NCBI GenBank assembly: GCA_044222065.1 | Contig: JBGAOA010000005.1 | Coordinates: forward strand, 22,971 to 86,970 | DNA length: 64,000 bases | Direction: 5' to 3' | DNA from: Candidatus Eiseniibacteriota bacterium | GTDB lineage: Bacteria; Eisenbacteria; RBG-16-71-46 | Shown here: positions 21,401 to 29,617 of the stretch, in pieces | Numbering within the stretch: position 1 is the stretch's first letter | Layout: every line of letters begins with the position of its first letter | Position numbers and translations under genes: made by a program | The notes under the pieces: model-generated | Told to the model about the DNA's origin: nothing | Database searches by the model: none | The model's input: only the letters and a program-made list of their open reading frames with translations

Positions 21401-21539
21401 CGAGCGGCAGCTGATCGCCGAGGCGCTCGAAAGAACCCGCTGGAACAAGACGCGGGCCGCGCGTGAACTCGGGCTCAGCTATCCGACCCTGCTCGCCAAG
21501 ATCCGGAGCTTCCAACTCGAGCGGCAGCGCGGCGGCTGA
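18453..21539 (+). CDS. TPR-repeat + GAF + sigma54 AAA+ enhancer-binding protein with Fis HTH (1028 aa)
   Basis: About 520 aa of TPR-like helical repeats, GAF (GDRGFV...CVPL...VGLVYVD), GETGTGKG, GAFTGA, WPGNVREL, NKTRAARELG. Confidence 0.93.
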   Translation: MQRAIPPDLSRADSLAPNSVRQHEAIGDLHLAADQFAGAVEAYSAALAELGGEPRSERGRLLLRLADASIRRSDLDLALTALNEARGIARQSGDLALSARASAFFVMVHLERGNYRRARRYGLFAYRVLRGSDDHRTVGHVELHLGVCAEMLGRRPEAIEWLQNAAATFRRIDDVEGLVCALNELGIVYKNMREWREATRFLEQALRLDERAGLYERMRTHNQNLGLIRYRLGQWDLAEENFRQSLRIARETGHQVGEAIALLAFGMLYRRRRQLGRAAEHYRSALEIAAPLGAWREVALAREFLAEIELDRGNGAGAMALLEPALEDANARAPEGDMAMELSIRVGMAHLASGRAEPAQRYLLAGLALAEQLGDRIESAIAERALGRLEATRGNAAAFETRIRSAASCFEQLGETYELALTLATWAEGAFLLPTSTRLKLLLEPVGDAARRAATLFRQLGIPSLAAECYLNLSRLESEREHFDFALGLLEQAESWLAESEDPDVAERAEALRRDLERQYVAVSLSTCNEFRALEDANRLFRETADMDGLLNQAVRLAVEHAGGDRGFVAFTNGGARLDVVAQHGLGRERARRILRVLEQVGGSRLAENGPLFSSRVTADPRFSVSVVDALDGVGSLVCVPLNFPSQSVGLVYVDRLNDSLLGAFKQRELNLLAVLANSAAVAIVEAQRSRLLEENRQLRDRLKPSPGMERVVSQSREIQSILQLLQKVSDSPATVLFMGETGTGKGLLAQVVHESSARRDRPFIQVNCAAIPEHLLESELFGYVQGAFTGAMRDKTGLFEEAEGGTLFLDEIEKIPETVQAKLLHVLDRSEIRPVGAARSRRVDTRVICATGCDLRDRIRERRFLEDLYYRLNDITVRVPPLRERREDIPLLAQYFLTSFSRQMDRSIAGFSAPVMQALLEHTWPGNVRELEKTVKRMVVLADDGATLDVDLLPPDLRESTRPASTELRVVSRTLKSNVVNLERQLIAEALERTRWNKTRAARELGLSYPTLLAKIRSFQLERQRGG

Positions 21540-21584
21540 CAAACAACTGAAGTCTCCGACTAGCAAGTCGCTTAATAGAAATCC

Positions 21585-21619
21585 CGAAGCCCCGCAGTCA
21601 CTTAGGCTGCGGGGCTTCG
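21585..21619 (+). terminator. Hairpin after the TPR-EBP gene
   Basis: CGAAGCCCCGCAGTC-ACTTA-GGCTGCGGGGCTTCG; no clear U-tract. Confidence 0.55.
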
Positions 21620-21707
21620 TCATGAAAGCGGCTTGAGGATTTCCGGTGCTTTCGTGGCTCGGAATCCTGCGCTTGTTGGATTTCGCCCATTCCAGTTAAT
21701 AATTGAT

Positions 21708-21763
21708 TAGCAAGCATTTAGGACATATTTGTGCGACGTCGCCGTTCATGGCACGACGAGTGC
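21708..21763 (+). promoter_or_regulatory. sigma54 promoter with upstream IHF-like site
   Basis: TGGCACGACGAGTGC (21749-21763) has correct GG/GC spacing. TAGCAAGCATTTA (21708-21720) is one mismatch from WATCAANNNNTTR and sits in an AT-rich patch. Confidence 0.65.
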
Positions 21764-21774
21764 CTATACGTGTG

Positions 21775-22110
21775 CCTCGGAGGGGGGGGACCTCCACAAA
21801 ATCCAGCAGAGCACCGCTGGAACACGATCTAGGCTAGCCGGCTCTGTAGGGCTCGGTCGAGGGTACGAGCCCCGTCATCCGACAACGTATCGAACCCTAC
21901 GTCCGGCTAGCTTGGAGTGAATTCAACGGTCCGGGAAGTGGCGGGCCTGGGTGAATCGACGAAGTTCGGTCCCGGTTATCTTCGCGCGATCCCCGCTCTG
22001 CGGCTTCCCGGCTTTTCTTGCAGTCGAGACACCGGCTTCACGCGATACAGGCCAGCACTGGGGGATGTCCAGGCTTGTGTCTGCGACCGAGGCCGGTGTC
22101 TCACTTCTTG
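21775..22110 (+). ncRNA. Putative structured non-coding RNA(s): two short and three long hairpins
   Basis: Stems 21828-21841/21903-21916, 21931-21938/22004-22011 and 22026-22039/22089-22102, with G-U pairs on the plus strand; directly downstream of the sigma54 promoter; no credible ORF. Confidence 0.55.
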
Positions 22111-22259
22111 GGCCCCGGCGGCTCCCCGACCGTGCACTGTGGCGCCCCTTGCACACCTGCGTCGCCGGCGCTGCGCGGCACCCCCTGAATCGCGGCGCAA
22201 ACCGCTCAAAGCGGCCCATTTTCACTGATCTTTCCCGGCCCCGAGCCCCCGCATCTCGC

Positions 22260-22274
22260 TGGCACGTGGGTTGC
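22260..22274 (+). promoter_or_regulatory. sigma54 promoter of the Fn3 lipoprotein gene
   Basis: TGGCACGTGGGTTGC is a perfect TGGCACG-N4-TTGC match. Confidence 0.75.
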
Positions 22275-22311
22275 CCTCCAAGCGATCGTCCATTTCACGC
22301 GAGGAGGACCC

Positions 22312-23145
22312 ATGAAAGCTCCAGTCCTGCTGATCGTCGCCGCCGCGCTGCTCGCGGGCTGTGATGACGATCATGTCTCGGCCCCCCGCGACGTCACCCC
22401 TCCGGCCGCGCCGCGGGGCGTCTACAGCGTGACCGGCGATCAGTCCGTGCGGGTCTCGTGGCTCGCGAACACCGAAATCGATGTGGCTGGCTATCGGATC
22501 TACCAGGGTCCTTGCGCCACCGGTCCTTCGTGCCCCTACGACCTCGTCGGCTCGACCACCGCCACGACCTACACCGTCACCGGACTTGCGAACGGCAGCA
22601 CCCGCTACTTCGCGGTTGCGGCGTTCGACCGCGCGGGAAATGAGAGTCCGCTGTCCTACGAAGACGTCTTCGACACGCCGCGCCCTGCCGGATTCGGCGC
22701 GACGCTGGGTGATGCGGTGGACGAGCCTGCGATCAGCGGCTGGGACTTCTCCGCCGCCTCGCGCCGGGCGTGGGACCACGCGGAGACCGACGTGTACTTC
22801 AGCTACTCCGGCGGCGTCTTCCGAATGATCGCGCCCTTCACGGATACGGACATCCAGGACGCGGGATATGCGGCGAGCCTCGATGCCGTGGACTTCGCTC
22901 CCACGAGCGGCTGGTCGCCGACGGGTACGGTCGAACTGATCCCCGGACACAACTACATCGTGTGGACGTACGACGACCATTACGCCAAGTTCCGCGTCAC
23001 CGCGCTCGGGCCGTCGCCCGCCCGCGTGACGTTCGACTGGGCCTACCAGACCGCCACGAGCAACCGTGAGCTTCGGGCGCGGCGCGCACCTCACGAGGGT
23101 CCGCGCGTGCGTCGCGAGCTCGCGCAGCTCACGGGCATCCAATGA
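22312..23145 (+). CDS. Lipoprotein with fibronectin type III domain
   Basis: Lipobox LLAGC; PPAAPRG...VSW...GYRIY...GLANGSTRYFAVAAFDRAGNES. Confidence 0.8.
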   Translation: MKAPVLLIVAAALLAGCDDDHVSAPRDVTPPAAPRGVYSVTGDQSVRVSWLANTEIDVAGYRIYQGPCATGPSCPYDLVGSTTATTYTVTGLANGSTRYFAVAAFDRAGNESPLSYEDVFDTPRPAGFGATLGDAVDEPAISGWDFSAASRRAWDHAETDVYFSYSGGVFRMIAPFTDTDIQDAGYAASLDAVDFAPTSGWSPTGTVELIPGHNYIVWTYDDHYAKFRVTALGPSPARVTFDWAYQTATSNRELRARRAPHEGPRVRRELAQLTGIQ

Positions 23146-23321
23146 ACCGGGCGCTCCGCCCCGCCGCGGACGCGACGCGGCCCACGGGCACTGAAGGAAC
23201 CACCGGGCGCGGCACGACTGCCCGCCGCGCCGGACGCTCCAACCCGCGGGAACTCCGCGGGTCGGTGCAAGGTAGATTGGGCGGTCCGTCCGCGAGGCTC
23301 GACCTCGCGAGGAGGCATGCC

Positions 23322-24731
23322 ATGAATCGCACCGTCGTGCTGACCGCGCTCGGCCTCGCCCTCGCGGCCGCCGCCGCGGCTCCGGCCGGGGCGCGTGGCC
23401 TCGGCGTCGAGGTCTGGACCGACCGCGGCAACGACGCCGTCTACCAGCCGGGGGAGCGCTTGCAGGTGAAAGCGCGCACCTCGGATGACGCCTACCTGCT
23501 CGTCTACGAAATCGATGCCGAGGGCGAGATCCACGTGCTCTTCCCGTTCCGAGGACACCGCGACATGGTCCCGGGACACACGACGCTGCGCGTGCCCTCC
23601 GACGACGACGACGTGGACCTCGTCGTTCAGGAGCCGGTCGGTGAGTCGTTCCTCGTGGCGATCGCTTCGGAGAACGGTTTCCGCGACCTGCCGTGGTACC
23701 TGCGTCCGTACGACCCGGTCGGCGAGGCCAATGGCTTCGTCGGGCAGACCGAAGACGAAGAAGGTGTCACGAGCGACGGTCGCATCGTGGGCGACCCGTT
23801 CGTCGCGATGGAGCGCATCCGGCGTCGCGTGCTGCTCGATCCGGACGATCGCTCGTCCTTCGCGACCGACTACACCACGTACTTCGTGCACAACCAGGTC
23901 CGATACCCGCGCTATCTCTGCTACGACTGCCACCGGCCCGGCCGATGGGAGTGGTGGGACGGGTTCGACCCCTATTACACGAGCTGCTCCGTGTTCGACT
24001 TTCGGGTGAACTGGTCTTGGGCGTGGGGGCCGAGCTACTGGTTCGGCCGAGTTCCGTACTTCGTGTACGTCTATCGCCCCAGCTGCCCGCCGCGCTATCA
24101 GCACTGGGCGGGTTCGGGCACCTGGTACTCCTCGTGGGACGGCTGGCGCCATTGGAACGACTTGTGGGGCACGGGCACGCTCCGGCGCTACAAGTCCGCA
24201 CCGCCGACGGCCTACGTTCCGCCGACCAAGTTCCGCACCTCCGAGCGGCTGGGTCCCGCGCGCCAGTTGCCTCCGGGCTTCGTTCAGGACAGTCCGTCTC
24301 GCCGGTCGTTCGACCGTGCGCTGCCCCCCCGTGGCGGTGTGGCGCGCCGCGACGATCGGCAGGAATCCAGCGGGGAGCCGCGTCGCGAACGCGCCGCGGA
24401 TCGCGGCTGGGGACGCATCTTCGATCGCACCGAGGTCCGCCGCACGCCGGCCGCTCGCGCGCCGCAGGACGAGGGTTCGTCTCGTCCCGCGCCGTCGACC
24501 GACTACGGCCGGGGACGCGAGCGCGATTCGGGTGATTCGCGGCCGGCGCCGTCGTACAATCCGCCGCCTCAGAAGCAAGAGCCGCGGCACGAGCCCGCAC
24601 GCGAGCCGGCGCGCGAGCCCGCGCGCGAACAGCGCCACGAGCGGGCGCCCGATCCGCAGCCGCAAAAGGCATCGCCGCCACCCCCGCCGCCCAAGTCCGA
24701 TGGCGGAGGCGGGCGAGGAGGCAAGAGATAA
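23322..24731 (+). CDS. DUF4384-like exported protein with Trp/Tyr-rich middle region and disordered tail
   Basis: SD GGAGG; signal peptide; VEVWTDR...YQPGE...AYLLVYEIDAEG.IHVLFP; contains CYDCH. Confidence 0.75.
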   Translation: MNRTVVLTALGLALAAAAAAPAGARGLGVEVWTDRGNDAVYQPGERLQVKARTSDDAYLLVYEIDAEGEIHVLFPFRGHRDMVPGHTTLRVPSDDDDVDLVVQEPVGESFLVAIASENGFRDLPWYLRPYDPVGEANGFVGQTEDEEGVTSDGRIVGDPFVAMERIRRRVLLDPDDRSSFATDYTTYFVHNQVRYPRYLCYDCHRPGRWEWWDGFDPYYTSCSVFDFRVNWSWAWGPSYWFGRVPYFVYVYRPSCPPRYQHWAGSGTWYSSWDGWRHWNDLWGTGTLRRYKSAPPTAYVPPTKFRTSERLGPARQLPPGFVQDSPSRRSFDRALPPRGGVARRDDRQESSGEPRRERAADRGWGRIFDRTEVRRTPAARAPQDEGSSRPAPSTDYGRGRERDSGDSRPAPSYNPPPQKQEPRHEPAREPAREPAREQRHERAPDPQPQKASPPPPPPKSDGGGGRGGKR

Positions 24732-24805
24732 TCGTTCGAAGCGCGTGATGCGCGCGGGCGGCGCCGGAGGACCCGGCGCCGTTCCGTCATTCCGATCGAG
24801 GGTGC

Positions 24806-25723
24806 ATGAACGTCCGAAACGTCGCGCTGTTCGCATCACTCACCCTCGTCGCGCTCGCGGGCGTCGCGTCCGCTGGCACGCCGGGGTTCGCCTTCCTCGA
24901 GACGCCGAGCGGCGCCCGCGCGTCCGCGACCGGCGGCGCAGGCGTGACGCTCGCCGAAGGCGCCGAGGCCGCGTTCTGGAATCCCGCCGCGCTCGATCGC
25001 GCGGAACGCCTCGAGATCGCGGGAAGTCACTTCGAGATGTATCAGGCGCTGCGTCACGAGGACTTCGTGGTCGCGGGTCCGGCGTTCGGCGGCGGGATCG
25101 CGGCGTCGTTCCGCGCGCTCTATTCCGAGCCGATCGAGGAGCGTGACGATCTCGGCAACCTCGTCGGCACGTTCGGAGCGCACGACCTCGAGTTCGCGCT
25201 CGGCTACGGGGCGCGCGTCGCGAACGAGGTGCGCGTCGGACTCACCGGCGCGCTCGTACGCGAGCGCATCGCGGACAAGGCCGCGCAGACCTGGGCCGTG
25301 CACACCGGTCTCTCTTGGGACCCGGCACGCTGGCCGGGGCTGCGCCTCGCGGTCGCGGGGCAGAACCTCGGCCCGGCCGGCGCGTTCGCGCTCGATGGCG
25401 TGCGTGGCGAGGACGTCGCGCTACCGGCGGCCCTGCAGGGTGGAGCCTCGTACGCGCGCACCGTCGCGACGAGCTGGACGCTGCGCGGGGCGCTCGAAAC
25501 CCGGCTCACGCGCGGCCGAACGGGGATCGGCATCGTCGGCGCCGAGCTCTCGAATCCCGCGGGGCTCGCGGCGCGCGCCGGCGTGCGGCTGAACGACGAC
25601 GTTTCGTCGCTCGCGTTCGGCGTCGGCTACCGCGTGTCGTCGCTGCGCCTCGACTACGCCTACGTTCCTTCGCGACTCGACCTCGAGGACACGCACCGGC
25701 TGTCCTTCGCCGCACACTTCTGA
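24806..25723 (+). CDS. PorV/PorQ-like (UPF0164) outer-membrane beta-barrel
   Basis: AFLETPSGARA..GGA...AAFWNPAAL; C-terminal LDYAY...THRLSF. Confidence 0.8.
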   Translation: MNVRNVALFASLTLVALAGVASAGTPGFAFLETPSGARASATGGAGVTLAEGAEAAFWNPAALDRAERLEIAGSHFEMYQALRHEDFVVAGPAFGGGIAASFRALYSEPIEERDDLGNLVGTFGAHDLEFALGYGARVANEVRVGLTGALVRERIADKAAQTWAVHTGLSWDPARWPGLRLAVAGQNLGPAGAFALDGVRGEDVALPAALQGGASYARTVATSWTLRGALETRLTRGRTGIGIVGAELSNPAGLAARAGVRLNDDVSSLAFGVGYRVSSLRLDYAYVPSRLDLEDTHRLSFAAHF

Positions 25724-25732
25724 GGCCGTGCC

Positions 25733-26491
25733 TCACGCGCTCGCGCGATCGCGGTCTCCGTCCCGGGGCCAGCGCTCGAGCCTGAGTCCCGCAGGATCGA
25801 ACACGACGTAGCTGAAGTGGCGGATCCAGTCTCCGAGCACGAAGAAGTCCCGGCCGCTTTCGCGCCGTTCATAGGCGTGGTGGAAGTGCCCAATCAGCAC
25901 TGCGTCGTACCCCGCCTCGAAGCGCGGCTTCGCGACCACGTTCCACAGCTGATCGCCGTCGAGGGCGCGCTCGTCGCGCGATCCCCGCGACCAGCGCGAC
26001 ACGAGGGAGGCGAGCGGGAAGCCGATGTCCGGATGCAGCAGGCCGTAGGCCCCGATGCTCCACGGGTGCCGGATCACGCGACGCAGCACTTTGTAGCCGA
26101 GGTCGCCGCGCACGAGTCCGTCCCCGTGATGGATCCACAGCCTGCGACCGTGGCGCTCGATCGTCAGGGCCCCGTCACGAGTGACGATTCCGAGTTCCTC
26201 GCTCAGGAACCGGCCCAACCAAAAGTCGTGGTTGCCGTTCAAATACGTGATCCGAATCCCTGCCTCCCGCAGCTGCCGCAGGCGCGACAACGTGCCGAAG
26301 TGCTGACGCGGGATCGCAGAGCGGTACTCGAACCAGAAGTCGAACAGGTCGCCGACGATCACCAGCTCGTCGGCGCGTCCCGGGAGGGAGGCGAGAAACG
26401 CGTGCAGCCTCGCAGAGCGCTCGGATTCGACGTTCCGAGACGCAGCGCCGAGGTGCGCATCGGACAAGAAGTACAGCGCGCCGCCGGACAT
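25733..26491 (-). CDS. lpxH: UDP-2,3-diacylglucosamine diphosphatase (LpxH-like)
   Basis: FLSDAHLG, GDLFDFW, GNHD, HGD, GHFH. Confidence 0.85.
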   Translation of the reverse strand: MSGGALYFLSDAHLGAASRNVESERSARLHAFLASLPGRADELVIVGDLFDFWFEYRSAIPRQHFGTLSRLRQLREAGIRITYLNGNHDFWLGRFLSEELGIVTRDGALTIERHGRRLWIHHGDGLVRGDLGYKVLRRVIRHPWSIGAYGLLHPDIGFPLASLVSRWSRGSRDERALDGDQLWNVVAKPRFEAGYDAVLIGHFHHAYERRESGRDFFVLGDWIRHFSYVVFDPAGLRLERWPRDGDRDRASA

Positions 26492-26735
26492 GGGCGCGCA
26501 GTGTAGCAACCGGGGCTCGCGCGCCCCAACGCCGGGCGCGGTGTCCGGAGGTCCGAGCGCGGTCGGCAGCGCTTCGGTCCGCTCGCGCAGGATGTTTTTG
26601 CGGCTCTGTGACAGCCCGCGGACTCCCGCCGCTAACCTCGTCGCACTTCTTCGCCGATCGTTCACGGGCGGCCCGTCTTCGCCGCCGCATCGTCCTCGGA
26701 CGCCACGTCGTCCGAAACCGGAGGTAAGTCACTCC

Positions 26736-28235
26736 ATGTTCGGTCATCGAGAGCCCGTCACCCGTCCTCGCTCGTACTATGCCGGCGCCTTCGCGCTGCT
26801 GATCGTCGGCGTCGTCGTGGGTCTCGGCCTCAGCGCCGGTCTGCGCCTGCAGCCCCAGCCCCAGGCCCAGCTCCAGCTCGCGGCCTCGTCGTCCGCCCTC
26901 GCCGGCGGACCCACGAGCAGCCCGTTCGTCGCGGTCGTGGACCGGGCGCTTCCGGCGGTCGTGTTCATCGAGACCCGGAAGCGCGTCGGCAGCTCGTCGG
27001 ACGATCCGCAGGACGACTTCTTCCGCCGCTTCTTCAACGACTCGCCGCGGCGCCAGCAGGTTCGTCCCTCGTCCGGCTCGGGCTTCATCATCGACAAGGA
27101 CGGCCGCATCCTCACGAACAACCACGTCGTGCGCGACGCGGAAGAGATCACGGTCACGCTGAACGACAAGCGCGAGTTCAAGGCGAAGGTGATCGGCACC
27201 GATCCCGAGACCGACGTCGCGGTGATCAAGGTCGAGGGCGACAACCTGCCCGTGCTGCCGCTCGGCGACTCCGACCGCCTGCGGGTCGGCGACTGGGCGA
27301 TCGCGATGGGCAATCCGCTCGGCGAACTGCGCGGCTCGGTGACGGTCGGCATCGTGAGCGCTCAGGGCCGCACGAACCTGAACATCTACGGCGGCACTCC
27401 GAGCTTCCAGGACTTCATCCAGACCGACGCGTCCATCAACTTCGGAAACTCCGGCGGCCCGCTCGTCAACATCAGCGGCGAGGCGATCGGCATCAATACC
27501 GCGATCAACACGAGCGGGCAGGGCATCGGCTTCGCGATCCCGATCAACCTCGCGCGCCACGTCGCGGAGCAGATCATCGCCCACGGCGAAGTGAAGCGCG
27601 CGTGGATCGGAGTGCAGCTCGCCGAGCTCACTCCCGAGATCGCCGACGGCTTCGGCATCAAGGGCAACCAGGGCGTCGTGATCTCCGAGGTGCTCAAGAA
27701 CGAGCCGGCCGAGCGCGCCGGCCTGCACCGCGGGGACGTGATCGTCGAGCTGAACGGGCAGCCCGTCACCGAGCTGCAGAAGTTCCGCCTCAAGGTCGCC
27801 GATACTCCGGTGGGCTCCAAGATCAACCTCGTCGTGCTGCGGGACGGCAGGCGCGTTCCGATCACCGTCACGCTCTCGCCGCGACCGACCGACCAGGCGT
27901 CGCTGCGCGGCGGCCGCGGCGACGGCGGCGACGACGCTCCCGACAGCGAGCGCCTCGCCGGCCTGCGCGTCCGCAGCCTCAACGACAGCGAGCGGAGCAA
28001 CGCCGACCTCAAGAGCGGCGTCATGGTGACGGACGTGAGCGAAGGCAGCTCGGGCGAAGAGGCCGGTCTGCAGGCGAACGACATCGTCGAAGAGGTGAAC
28101 GGCAAGGCGGTCAGCACGCCGGCCGAGTTCTCGCAGGCGTTCAGCGAGGCGAAAAAGGCGAACAAGCGGCACGCCGTGCTGCTCGTGCGCCGCGGCGACG
28201 TGACGAACTTCGTGCCCGTGAAGCTCGGGGAGTAG
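26736..28235 (+). CDS. degP: Do/DegP serine protease with two PDZ domains
   Basis: GSGFII, TNNHVV, QTDASINFGNSGGPL, two PDZ domains. Confidence 0.93.
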   Translation: MFGHREPVTRPRSYYAGAFALLIVGVVVGLGLSAGLRLQPQPQAQLQLAASSSALAGGPTSSPFVAVVDRALPAVVFIETRKRVGSSSDDPQDDFFRRFFNDSPRRQQVRPSSGSGFIIDKDGRILTNNHVVRDAEEITVTLNDKREFKAKVIGTDPETDVAVIKVEGDNLPVLPLGDSDRLRVGDWAIAMGNPLGELRGSVTVGIVSAQGRTNLNIYGGTPSFQDFIQTDASINFGNSGGPLVNISGEAIGINTAINTSGQGIGFAIPINLARHVAEQIIAHGEVKRAWIGVQLAELTPEIADGFGIKGNQGVVISEVLKNEPAERAGLHRGDVIVELNGQPVTELQKFRLKVADTPVGSKINLVVLRDGRRVPITVTLSPRPTDQASLRGGRGDGGDDAPDSERLAGLRVRSLNDSERSNADLKSGVMVTDVSEGSSGEEAGLQANDIVEEVNGKAVSTPAEFSQAFSEAKKANKRHAVLLVRRGDVTNFVPVKLGE

Positions 28236-28335
28236 CGGAGGAGACGCCGATTCGGGCAATCTCCGGCATGCGGCAGTCGAGGGAGGCGGCAGGATGCCGC
28301 CTCCCGTCGCACCGGACACAGGGAGGTGATCACGC

Positions 28336-29568
28336 ATGAGCGCGACTCGCGCTATCGCACTCGCGCTGGCCGTCGCGGCCGGCGCGGCGCGCGCCGCCGC
28401 CGCGGACACGACCTGGCCGAGCGAACCGACCGTGATGTCGGTGCGCTCGTGGACCTCGCCGCTCAACTCGCGCGTCGTGCTCGACTTCAGCGTCCCGGCC
28501 ACGCCGGTCATGCCGGACTCGGGCGTCTCGCGTTCGCTGGTCGTCACGATTCCGGGAGCGCCGTTCGCGATCGGGGACTCGGTCGCGACGCGACTCGCGC
28601 CGAGGGACGGCGCCGTGGACTCCGTCCGCCTCGAGCGCGTGCCCGAGGGCCTGCGGCTCACCGCGTGGTTCGCCGACAGCGTGCGCTTCCGCGCGTTCAC
28701 GCTACCGCCCGAGCAGGACAAGCCGTTCCGCATCGTGCTCGACGTCGAGCGTCCGGGTGCTGCGGCGGAGGAAGCGCAGCGCCTCGCCGCGCTCGCCGCA
28801 CAGAAGCGCCGCGAGCGCCTGCGCATCGTCACGATCGACGCCGGGCACGGCGGCGAGGACACCGGAGCCAAGGCGACGCGTCCCTACCGGGGCGTCTACG
28901 AGAAGAACATCACGCTCGCGGTCGCCCGCGCGCTCGCGGCCGAGCTGAACCAAATTCCGGGCGTGCGCGCGGTGCTGACGCGTGACGGCGACTACTTCAT
29001 CCCGCTGCGCGAGCGCTACCGCATCGCCGAGCGCATGAAGGCCGACCTGTTCCTGAGCATCCACTGCAACTCGTCGCGCCGCCGTGGCTCGGGCAGCGGC
29101 ACCGAGGTGTACTTCCTGTCCATGAAGGGCGCGAACGACCAGGCCGACGCCGACCTCGCCGACCTCGAAAACGCGGCCGACATGATCGGCGGCGTGCCGA
29201 CGCAGGCCGAGGACGACGTCGTGAACATCCTCTACGACGTGAAGCGCAGCGACGCGCTGCAGCGCAGCCAGCTGCTCGCCGAGTCGGTGCTCGAGCACCT
29301 CGGGGCGGAGCGGAAGCTCGAAGTGCGCGGCGTGAAGCAGGCCGGCTTCGCCGTGCTCAAGTCGGTCGAGTTCCCGTCCGTGCTCGTCGAGACCGCGTTC
29401 ATCAACAACCCGGTCGAGGTGAAGCTCCTGAAGGATCCGGCGTTCCAGAAGAAGCTGGCGAAGCAGATCTCGGTGGGGGTGAAGACCTACTTCGAGCGCG
29501 CCGGCATTCCGCTCGGAACCTCGAGCGTCGCTTCCCCGGACGCCGGCGCGACCGCCTCGTCGCGCTGA
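28336..29568 (+). CDS. amiC: N-acetylmuramoyl-L-alanine amidase (AMIN + Amidase_3)
   Basis: IDAGHGGED, EKNITL, LFLSIHCN, SVLVETAFINN. Confidence 0.9.
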   Translation: MSATRAIALALAVAAGAARAAAADTTWPSEPTVMSVRSWTSPLNSRVVLDFSVPATPVMPDSGVSRSLVVTIPGAPFAIGDSVATRLAPRDGAVDSVRLERVPEGLRLTAWFADSVRFRAFTLPPEQDKPFRIVLDVERPGAAAEEAQRLAALAAQKRRERLRIVTIDAGHGGEDTGAKATRPYRGVYEKNITLAVARALAAELNQIPGVRAVLTRDGDYFIPLRERYRIAERMKADLFLSIHCNSSRRRGSGSGTEVYFLSMKGANDQADADLADLENAADMIGGVPTQAEDDVVNILYDVKRSDALQRSQLLAESVLEHLGAERKLEVRGVKQAGFAVLKSVEFPSVLVETAFINNPVEVKLLKDPAFQKKLAKQISVGVKTYFERAGIPLGTSSVASPDAGATASSR

Positions 29569-29617
29569 GCCGCGCCGGAGTCCCGCGCCGGCCTCGCGCG
29601 CGGGAACTCGCGGGCGC

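Noticed and set aside
21828..22102. Three regularly spaced hairpins considered as a CRISPR array or integron attC sites
   Set aside because: No shared repeat sequence, no RYYYAAC/GTTRRRY boxes, and no cas or integrase gene in the window.
21917..22228. 103-aa ORF (and overlapping ORFs on both strands) in the structured intergenic region
   Set aside because: Atypical codon usage, no recognisable motif, poor SD spacing; extensive base-pairing explains the region better.
23249..23276. GGAACT...GTAG ECF-like promoter upstream of the DUF4384 gene
   Set aside because: Single degenerate instance with no second copy to support it.
24575..24650. Short GAGCCNGCNCGC tandem repeats
   Set aside because: They encode the EPAR low-complexity tail of the DUF4384 protein and are not an independent element.
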